Of a stretch of DNA of 32,000 nucleotides, positions 24,886 to 32,000 are shown piece after piece (the first letter of the stretch is position 1; every line of letters begins with the position of its first letter). This stretch comes from Okeania sp. (GTDB lineage Bacteria > Cyanobacteriota > Cyanobacteriia > Cyanobacteriales > Microcoleaceae), in the NCBI RefSeq assembly GCF_035285525.1, contig NZ_JAYKGW010000258.1, forward strand, positions 1-32,000, given 5' to 3'. The position numbers and the translations under genes were made by a program. Below the pieces are notes generated by a model that was given only the letters and a program-made list of their open reading frames with translations, was not told the DNA's origin and ran no database searches.

Positions 24886-25284
24886 ATGAGCGCTCCTACA
24901 TCTAAGAGTAATTATGTAACCTGCCCAATTTGCAATCGTCATAGTATTGCACAATCCCTAGAAATATTCAATGGGCTATTTACCTGTCCATATTGTCATT
25001 CCCATTTGGTAATAAGTTGGAGCGGCCATTATGTCAAAGATCCCTTTACTCTTCAACAGTTAGGTATTGGACAAATGCTCAGAAAGCAAAGTAAACCTTT
25101 GGCTAGGTTGCGTCGTGACTTGACTAGACAATATTTACCAATAGTTGCAATGATTGGTAGTGTAATATTTTTTGGGGGAGCGATCGCTACTTTAAATATG
25201 TTTAATTTTAAGTTGGATATATTTTTTGGTGAAGTATTAGAGTGGGTGACAGAAAAAGACTTGTTGAAAAATGAGAGTAATTAA
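24886..25284 (+). CDS. hypothetical zinc-ribbon protein with a C-terminal TM segment
   Basis: 132 aa. CPICN...(17 aa)...CPYCH four-Cys ribbon, a basic linker, and the hydrophobic stretch LPIVAMIGSVIFFGGAIATL. Confidence 0.6.
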   Translation: MSAPTSKSNYVTCPICNRHSIAQSLEIFNGLFTCPYCHSHLVISWSGHYVKDPFTLQQLGIGQMLRKQSKPLARLRRDLTRQYLPIVAMIGSVIFFGGAIATLNMFNFKLDIFFGEVLEWVTEKDLLKNESN

Positions 25285-25344
25285 GTAGTTAGTGGTCGTA
25301 TCAAGTCTGGCTATTGATAATTAATAATTAATAATTAATAATGA

Positions 25345-25494
25345 AAACTATCTCTCATTTACCATAGTTAGGATTTGATGCTAACTTTTCCAACCTAACC
25401 GTAAAAAAATTGTACTTTTTCCAGATTCCAGATATAAAAATGCTGAAACATTTATCTGTAAATAATTTTAGGTTTAATCAGTAAGCTCTAATTA
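25345..25494 (+). repeat. CCCTAG-family repeat copy
   Basis: ..GCTAACTTTTCC..TTGTACTTTTTCC..AAAATGCTGAAACATTTATCTGTAAATAATTTTAGGTTTAATCAGTAAGCTCTAATTAG. It is preceded by (AATTAAT)n heptads. Confidence 0.55.
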
Positions 25495-25539
25495 GGGTGT
25501 GCTGAATAAGTATTTTAGTAAGGGGGAAAAGTCATCAGT

Positions 25540-25730
25540 CAGGAGTTAGGATAAATAAGAGTTGTAGAGTAAGTAGTTAGAAGAATATATCCTTAATTTT
25601 TCTGCCTCGCGTTACTCCAAAATACTCAGTTTTATAGCTATGTTAACCCAAAATTTGGTACTTTTTCACAACCTAAAAAGGCTAAAACTTTTGTCTGTAA
25701 ATACTTTTAGGTTTAATCAGCAAGCCCTAA
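25540..25730 (+). repeat. CCCTAG-family repeat copy, in tandem with the previous one
   Basis: ..TCCTTAATTTTTCTGCC..GGTACTTTTTCAC..AAAAGGCTAAAACTTTTGTCTGTAAATACTTTTAGGTTTAATCAGCAAGCCCTAA. It ends 15 bp before the 25745 stop codon and runs into ATTAATT heptads that include that stop. Confidence 0.6.
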
Positions 25731-25744
25731 TTATTAATTATTAA

Positions 25745-27436
25745 TTATTGCTCCTTGTCTTTGTATTTTTTTGTCACTAATGCCCATCCTTGAACAGTAT
25801 TCAAAACTTGAAAATTTTCAAGGGGAATATTATTTATATATAATGTTTCAACTAACAGATATGGTTGAGGTGTTTTTTGCCATTCCTCTTTAATTTTATC
25901 TGGTTTAATACGTTGAATTAAGCGATCGCTATAAAAATTTAAAGAGGGGCGGTTTCTATTATCAAAAGAATAAATAATCTGACCAGGTGGTGTATTTTTT
26001 TGAATCATTTCTGCGACTGGTTTGACTGGATAATCTTCTGCTAATTCCCATATCCAATGAGGAGAACTAACAAATATTAGTAGTGAAACATAAGTTCCCC
26101 AAATTAAGATTGGTAAAAATTTATGGTCTTGTTGGTTTAAGAGTAAAGTTGCTATTGTCATTGTTAAGGCAAGAGCGAGAGAGATTAACTGTAAATATAA
26201 ATTAGGTTTGACTAAGTTTGATTCTCCATGCTGAAAAAAACCACTAAAGTAAAGACAAGCAACCCAAGCTAATAAAGATATTAGTGCAAATAATGCTACT
26301 ATTAAACGATGATAAATAGTGGGAATATATTTGGTGTTTTTTTTATCTATAAAATGTCTATTAGTGGAAAACCAAAAGCAACCTAAATCTAATGGAAATT
26401 GATGCCAAATTTCTGTTAAATAAGTACCTACTGCTAAAGCAAAAACTGGATAAATAGGTAAGACATACCAGGGAAGTTTAGTATTCATTAATGAAATAGC
26501 TAATAAATAGATTCCACTCCAAACTAAGATTAATTTTCCCCAACTAAAATTACGATTTTTCCAACTTAAATATAATCCTGGCAACCAAAATAATTGCCAC
26601 GGAAAACTATACTCAATAATTTCTAATAAATAATACCAAATAGGTCCATCGTGACTACCTACAGGTTGCCAAATACGTTTTAGAGATTGATGGAAAAGAT
26701 TAGCATGAAAAAATTCAATTCCGTAATGAAAAAATTGAGCTGTGTACCATAGAAAAACTGGTAGCATACCAAGTAGAATACCATTCCAGAAATATTTACA
26801 AGTTAATAGTCTGGGAGTATCCCATAAAAGAAAGAAAAAAACAATTGTTCCTAAAAGTAATCCTAAAATAATTCCTTTACTGAGGGAAATTAAAGCTAAA
26901 CTAATGCCAATAGCGAGAGAATAACGGAGATTATAACGCGAGCGTAATATAGACCAAATCATTAATAAAAAAAAACAAACTACGGCTCCATCTAACATTG
27001 CTAAACGTCCATGTCGCACTACGGGTAATAAAGTTAAATAAACTAAAGAGGTAAAAATTGCTGGAGTGCGTGGGCGAAATAATTCTCTACTAATACAGTA
27101 AATTAAGGGTACGGAAAATGCTGTTAATAAAGCAGGAAATAAACGGGCAGTTAATTCACTAACTCCGGCAATTTTATAGGCAAAAGCGATTAACCAATGT
27201 ATTAATGGTGGTTTATTCAAATAGGGGGTATTGTTAATAGTAGGATAAAGCCAATTCCATTTTTCTCGACTAATTTCTCTAGCTACTTGGGCAACTATTC
27301 CTTCATCCCAGTCTCGTAAAGTTAATGTTCCTAAATTAGTGAAAAAAAGTAGCATTGCTGCTAATAGTAAACTTATGATTAGTAGTAAATCTATGTGGGA
27401 ATTTAAGTTTTTCTTGGTTAATATTTTATTAAGCAT
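25745..27436 (-). CDS. ArnT/PMT-like (GT39/GT83-type) membrane glycosyltransferase
   Basis: 563 aa and polytopic. N-terminal ..LRDWDEGIVAQVAREI..YLNKPPLIHWLIA.. matches the loop-1 Asp/Glu motif region of dolichyl/undecaprenyl-phosphate-sugar transferases. More than 10 predicted TM segments are followed by a soluble C-terminal domain. Confidence 0.8.
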   Translation of the reverse strand: MLNKILTKKNLNSHIDLLLIISLLLAAMLLFFTNLGTLTLRDWDEGIVAQVAREISREKWNWLYPTINNTPYLNKPPLIHWLIAFAYKIAGVSELTARLFPALLTAFSVPLIYCISRELFRPRTPAIFTSLVYLTLLPVVRHGRLAMLDGAVVCFFLLMIWSILRSRYNLRYSLAIGISLALISLSKGIILGLLLGTIVFFFLLWDTPRLLTCKYFWNGILLGMLPVFLWYTAQFFHYGIEFFHANLFHQSLKRIWQPVGSHDGPIWYYLLEIIEYSFPWQLFWLPGLYLSWKNRNFSWGKLILVWSGIYLLAISLMNTKLPWYVLPIYPVFALAVGTYLTEIWHQFPLDLGCFWFSTNRHFIDKKNTKYIPTIYHRLIVALFALISLLAWVACLYFSGFFQHGESNLVKPNLYLQLISLALALTMTIATLLLNQQDHKFLPILIWGTYVSLLIFVSSPHWIWELAEDYPVKPVAEMIQKNTPPGQIIYSFDNRNRPSLNFYSDRLIQRIKPDKIKEEWQKTPQPYLLVETLYINNIPLENFQVLNTVQGWALVTKKYKDKEQ

Positions 27437-28124
27437 CCTATTATATTAAAAAATCAAGCGTGTGCTAGAGCAATCCTAAATTGGTTGTGACAAAATTCCG
27501 TACTGAAAAAGTTTGGGAGAATCGAATATTTGACCATCTGCAAAAAACTTAAATAGTTACTTAACTACTTTAAAATAACTGCAAAGATGATATAATTTTC
27601 TAATTAAATTTTTGGCTGGTAACCAAATATAGCAATCAGTGCTTATGTTATGATAAATTAAGAAAGTAAAGAAAAAAAACTGAACCTCCCACCTGTTAAC
27701 TTTTCCCTAAAAAGCAGTTATATTTTTGACACAAATAAAATGGGATTGATATATTTATTTGAGTTTAAGAAAAAAGCTTGATTAGTTGAGGTAAGTTAAA
27801 TTTTACTATCAAAGCCGAGTTGAAAAGTTATATTGGCTTAAAGCCATTTTCAGGTTTAGATAAAGTTTGCTGTTTATGCAGCATTTCGTACCGAAGACTT
27901 GATAGCTAATAACTAAATGCTTTTAGAAAATGCTACTTTTTTTACATATAATCTTAGTAAGCAAAGTTTGCTATGATATCAAATATTGATATTATTTAGT
28001 AAGCTTTTAGTCGTCAGCTTTCAAATATAGCAATTATAAATAGGTTGTATGTTTTGTATTGTTATAAGAAAAGCTGAATGCTCAATGCTTATACAGCAAA
28101 TTCCAGGTAAATGAAGTACATATA

Positions 28125-28211
28125 CAGGACTTACGCTACTATATGTAGATTTAAAAAACTACCAGTGCAATAGTTTTAAGCACTATATCTAGGGTGGCTG
28201 CGTAAGTCCTG
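28125..28211. mobile_element. 87-bp MITE with perfect 12-bp TIRs CAGGACTTACGC / GCGTAAGTCCTG
   Basis: TIRs at 28125-28136 and 28200-28211, flanked by ATA on both sides. The surrounding sequence (28092-28124, 28212-28290) is homologous to 228-330, which lacks the element. Confidence 0.65.
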
Positions 28212-28436
28212 ATATATTCAGAATTAAATGTTTCTAGTGTGGGTATCTTGCCCGCGAGGGGTATACCTCACCTCTAGTGGAATCTCTATAAGTTCATAAA
28301 CAAAATTTTTTAAATATTCATTCTTTTCACTGATAACTGAAATGACTCCCTGTTATCCTTCCCCTGCACCCTCTTTCAACTAGGAAATTGATTTTATACA
28401 AATACTTATTATCTGTAGAATATAAGGGTAAATTTT

Positions 28437-29981
28437 ATGGTAAGTTTCGGCAAAAAAATTAATCATTTATTTCGCGAAGCTCAAGATATTATTTTACAGG
28501 AATTACCACAACCTCTTGACCGAGTTGCTATTACTTTAATTATTAGTTTAATGGTGTTAACTTGCCTACTATTTGTAGGTGGAGGTAAGACTAATCCTAA
28601 AGTTATAGATTTTAGCTGGCAAGATAAAAATATAGGAGCTGAAGATACAGCTTTTATTCTCAATTTTAATCGACCGATGAATCATACTACGGTTGAGAAA
28701 AATTTAACAATTGAACCATCTTTACCAGGAAAAATAAGTTGGGCAGGTCGCAGAATGGCTTATACTATTTTAGAATCTGCTCCTTATGGTAATCAATATA
28801 CTGTCAAATTATCTGGGGCAAAAGAGAGGTTTTATGGAGTAGATCAAGGGGAGGTAATGCAGCCTTTTCAAGGTTCATTTAAAAGTCGTGATCGCGCATT
28901 TGTTTATATAGGTTTTGAGGGTGAAGAAAAGGGTAGGTTAGTATTAATTAATTTGAGTAAGGAACAGTTACCAATATTACTCACACCTAAAAATTTAGAA
29001 GTAATAGATTTTAAGTTTTTTCCAGAGGGAAAAAAGATTTTATTTTCGGCAGTTGAAAAGTATGATGAAGTTCCAAGTCTTTTAGAACAAAAAATATATA
29101 CTGTGACAACTGGGATTAATTCTGAATCTTTAGAAGAGGAATCAAAGTCTTCTGAAACTGTAGTTAAAATTGAAAAAATTCTAGATAATGTAGATTATCA
29201 AAACTTGAAGTTTGACCTATCTCCTGATGGAAAAGTAATTATAATTCAACGAATAAATCGACAAGATGTTTCCGATGGAGGTCCGTGGGTTTTGGAATTA
29301 GGAAAAGAGCCACGACCACTAACAAATAAGGAGGGAAAAATTCAAAAAGGTGGAGATTTTTTAATTACTCCAGATAGCAAGAGCTTAGCAATTCTACAGG
29401 GAGAAGGAACTTCTATTGTACCAATTAATCCGGAAACAGATGCAGGAGATTTAATATTTTTACCAAAGTTTGGCAGAGTATTGAGTTTTTCTCCAGATGC
29501 TTCTTTGGCAACAATGGTAAAATATAATCAAGATGGTACGCGAGCGCTATATATTGTGACTAATCAAGGTGATGAGGAAGAGGTATTACAGACTCCTGCT
29601 TTTGGTGATATTATTAGTGCAGAATTTAACCAGGCTAAAACTATTTTATATTGTTTATTAACTGAATTAGGAAATGATAGATCAGAATATCAAGAAAAAT
29701 CTTATATTGCAGCAATTGATATTAAGAGAAAGTTTTTAAGACCGTTAATTATTTTGCCAAACCAACGGGAAGTTAATCTGGATTTATCACCAGATGGTTT
29801 AGTTTTATTATTCGACCAAATAGTAACAATTTCTAACCCAGAGGAAGAGGAAGAAAATAGAAAAATTAATCGTTTATGGATGTTACCTTTAGATTCAAAA
29901 ATACCGGAAGATGATTCTCCTTGGAAATTACAACCAGAAGAATTAGGTTTAAATGGTTTTAATCCTCAGTGGACACCTTGA
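28437..29981 (+). CDS. membrane-anchored periplasmic protein (Ig-like N-domain plus TolB-like beta-propeller repeats)
   Basis: 514 aa. TM segment VAITLIISLMVLTCLLFVGG. Then ..FILNFNRPMNHTTVEKNLTIEPSLPGKISWAGRRMAY.. (SbsA-Ig-like) and recurring LSPDGK/FSPDAS/LSPDGL motifs. The family call is inference. Confidence 0.6.
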   Translation: MVSFGKKINHLFREAQDIILQELPQPLDRVAITLIISLMVLTCLLFVGGGKTNPKVIDFSWQDKNIGAEDTAFILNFNRPMNHTTVEKNLTIEPSLPGKISWAGRRMAYTILESAPYGNQYTVKLSGAKERFYGVDQGEVMQPFQGSFKSRDRAFVYIGFEGEEKGRLVLINLSKEQLPILLTPKNLEVIDFKFFPEGKKILFSAVEKYDEVPSLLEQKIYTVTTGINSESLEEESKSSETVVKIEKILDNVDYQNLKFDLSPDGKVIIIQRINRQDVSDGGPWVLELGKEPRPLTNKEGKIQKGGDFLITPDSKSLAILQGEGTSIVPINPETDAGDLIFLPKFGRVLSFSPDASLATMVKYNQDGTRALYIVTNQGDEEEVLQTPAFGDIISAEFNQAKTILYCLLTELGNDRSEYQEKSYIAAIDIKRKFLRPLIILPNQREVNLDLSPDGLVLLFDQIVTISNPEEEEENRKINRLWMLPLDSKIPEDDSPWKLQPEELGLNGFNPQWTP

Positions 29982-30130
29982 TAATTAATAATTAATAATT
30001 AATAATGAAAACTAGGGTACATCTCAAGATTTGCCTAAATACTTTTTTCCTATTTCCTATTCCGTGAAAAAGAGACCAAACCCCTACGATGACTGATAAC
30101 TGAAAAAGGACAGGTTTCACCATCTCCGTA

Positions 30131-30189
30131 GGGGCGGGTCTCATCAGTAAGCTAACGAGTCTTCACGTTAAGCTAGCCAGACCCGCCCC
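30131..30189. repeat. GC-rich long hairpin GGGGCGGGTCT-(37 nt)-AGACCCGCCCC
   Basis: 11-bp perfect arms at 30131-30141 and 30179-30189, with further pairing inside (GCTAACG / CGTTAAGC). It is related to GGGGCGGGTTT..AAACCCGCCCC at about 14276-14338. Confidence 0.8.
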
Positions 30190-30269
30190 CTTGGGTTTGA
30201 AGACCATACGATAAGTGATAACTTTTCCCCACTCCCTACTCCCTAAATCAGAATAATCAAGTAATTTAT

Positions 30270-32000
30270 ATGGATTTTGAACGACCATTAGGCTCAGTAA
30301 TTCAAGGTTCCCTCAGTCAAGGATTAGAAGTACGACTCCATCCAGATATATTAGTGGAAGATATGCGCGTTGGTAAATTTTTAGTCGTACAAGGAGTACG
30401 CACTCATTTTTTCTGCATGTTAACTGATGTTTTATTAGGAACATCTAGCGAACGAATAATGATTAACCCCCCCCTTCCCACAGATGATTTTTTGCAATCT
30501 GTTTTAGCTGGAGGTAGCACCTACGGAACTATCGAACTTGCTCCCATGTTAATGTTAGTTATTGCTCCAGAAACATCATCAGCTTCTTTCAATTTTGACC
30601 AAAATAATGACAATCAAAAACAATTAAAATCAATCGAAAATTTAGCATCTTTTGAAGCTCAAAGCAGTGCTGAAATTCAATTAATGCCAGTCAAAACTAT
30701 TCCTAGTCATTTTTCCCAAGTTTATGAAGCAAGTGTCAAAGATTTTAGTCTAGTTTTTGGTAGAGAAGACGACCCGACTCGCCGGAATTTTGCTGTGGGT
30801 AAACCTATTGATATGGATGTACCTGTTTGTTTAGATTTAGATAGATTTGTAGAGCGGAGTAATGGCATTTTTGGTAAGTCGGGAACTGGTAAATCTTTTC
30901 TGACTCGTCTCCTTTTATCTGGCATTATTCGGAAGGGTGCTGCGGTAAATTTAATTTTTGATATGCACTCTGAATATGGTTGGGAAGCTATGGCGGAAGG
31001 GAAACAAGTTAGTACGGTAAAAGGTTTACGACAATTATTTCCGGATCGAGTAGAACTTTGGACTCTTGACCCAGAATCTACTAAACGTAGAGGTGTTCGA
31101 GATGCACGAGAACTGTATCTTAGCTATAATCAAATTGAGGTTGAGGATATTGGGTTGGTGCAACGGGAGTTGAATTTATCTGAGGCAAGTATTGATAGTG
31201 CAAATATTCTTAGAAGTGAATTTGGTAAGTCTTGGATTACTCAATTATTGGCAATGACTAATGAAGATATTCAGATATTTTGTGATGAAAAAAGAGGTCA
31301 TAAAGGTTCGATTATGTCGTTGCAAAGAAAACTTTTACGGCTGGATAATTTGAAATATATGCAGACTAAAAATACTAATAATTATATAGGAGAAATTTTA
31401 GAATCTTTAGATGCAGGAAAACACGTTATTATTGAATTTGGTTCCCAGTCAAATATGCTTTCTTATATGTTAGCTGCTAATATGATTACTCGCAGAATTC
31501 ATAATAGTTATGTGCGGAAAGCAGATAAATTTTTAAGTTCTAAAAATCCTAGCGATCGCCCTCAACAATTAGTTATAACTATTGAGGAAGCTCACCGTTT
31601 TTTAGACCCTGCTATTGTACGTTCAACTATTTTTGGTACTATCGCTAGAGAGATGCGGAAATATTTTGTAACTTTATTAGTAGTAGACCAACGACCTTCG
31701 GGAATAGATGCGGAAGTTATGTCTCAGATTGGTACAAGAGTTACTGCTTTGTTAAATGATGATAAAGATATTGATTCTATTTTTACGGGAGTTTCTGGGG
31801 GTCATAGTTTGCGGTCTGTTTTGGCAAAGTTAGATTCTAAACAACAAGCTTTAGTATTAGGTCATGCGGTACCGATGCCTGTAGTTATTCAAACCCGTGC
31901 TTATGACCAGACTTTTTATCAGGAAATAGGAGATACGGATTGGCGGTATGTTTCTGATAATGAACTTTTTGAAGCAGCTCAGGTAGCTTTGGATGATATT
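30270..32000 (+). CDS. HerA/DUF87-like P-loop ATPase, 5' 577 codons (runs off the right edge)
   Basis: ATG at 30270, then an open frame to 32000 (1731 nt). Not in the ORF track because no stop is reached. N-terminal HAS-barrel-like region MDFERPLGSVIQGSLSQGLEVRLHPD..VGKFLVV. Walker A GIFGKSGTGKSFL (nt about 30873), Walker B LVITIEEAHRFL, and LLVVDQRPSGID. Confidence 0.8.
   Translation, partial: MDFERPLGSVIQGSLSQGLEVRLHPDILVEDMRVGKFLVVQGVRTHFFCMLTDVLLGTSSERIMINPPLPTDDFLQSVLAGGSTYGTIELAPMLMLVIAPETSSASFNFDQNNDNQKQLKSIENLASFEAQSSAEIQLMPVKTIPSHFSQVYEASVKDFSLVFGREDDPTRRNFAVGKPIDMDVPVCLDLDRFVERSNGIFGKSGTGKSFLTRLLLSGIIRKGAAVNLIFDMHSEYGWEAMAEGKQVSTVKGLRQLFPDRVELWTLDPESTKRRGVRDARELYLSYNQIEVEDIGLVQRELNLSEASIDSANILRSEFGKSWITQLLAMTNEDIQIFCDEKRGHKGSIMSLQRKLLRLDNLKYMQTKNTNNYIGEILESLDAGKHVIIEFGSQSNMLSYMLAANMITRRIHNSYVRKADKFLSSKNPSDRPQQLVITIEEAHRFLDPAIVRSTIFGTIAREMRKYFVTLLVVDQRPSGIDAEVMSQIGTRVTALLNDDKDIDSIFTGVSGGHSLRSVLAKLDSKQQALVLGHAVPMPVVIQTRAYDQTFYQEIGDTDWRYVSDNELFEAAQVALDDI

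Noticed and set aside
26742-26924. Plus-strand 60-aa ORF
   Set aside because: It is antisense within the ArnT-like membrane protein gene.
28481-28663. Minus-strand 60-aa ORF
   Set aside because: It is antisense within the 514-aa gene.
30722-30925. Minus-strand 67-aa ORF
   Set aside because: It is antisense to the HerA-like open frame, which covers the Walker A region on the + strand.
1-32000. tRNA, rRNA, tmRNA, RNase P RNA and SRP RNA genes
   Set aside because: I searched by eye for T-arm GGTTCGAATCC-like boxes, the GAGGAAAGTCC box of RNase P RNA, tmRNA 3' ends and the SRP domain IV motif, and found none. Manual scanning has limited sensitivity.

Overview
AT-rich cyanobacterial chromosomal window. 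The assignment rests on a psbB-psbT operon, about 8 HIP1 GCGATCGC sites, and metK, rpsA, nrdR, pheS and surE. By my tally only about 61% of bases (about 19.6 of 32 kb) lie in credible ORFs. That is very low for a bacterium and resembles Trichodesmium-like filamentous cyanobacteria, but this assignment is inference only. The left third (1-10.6 kb) looks accessory. It holds a truncated coiled-coil gene, a 1039-aa sulfotransferase fused to a repetitive coiled coil, a TPR gene broken by a 1-nt frame change in an A7 run, and a 101-bp tandem array. It also holds a small very acidic ORF and an Xre/DUF2384-RES toxin-antitoxin pair whose two genes are unusually separated by 535 bp. The remainder is housekeeping genes separated by long spacers. 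These spacers are packed with several families of MITE-like, hairpin-forming and heptanucleotide repeats. One 105-bp two-hairpin element shows a filled site next to an empty site inside a 160-bp tandem duplication. The right edge carries the first 577 codons of a HerA/DUF87-like ATPase whose partner genes are outside the window. I recognised no rRNA, tRNA, tmRNA, RNase P RNA or CRISPR array. I see no clear-cut novel multi-gene system. The best candidates for follow-up are the split, decorated Xre-RES locus, the repeat families with RNA-like covariation, a GC-rich ORF-poor island between nrdR and rpsA, and the HerA-like gene at the edge.
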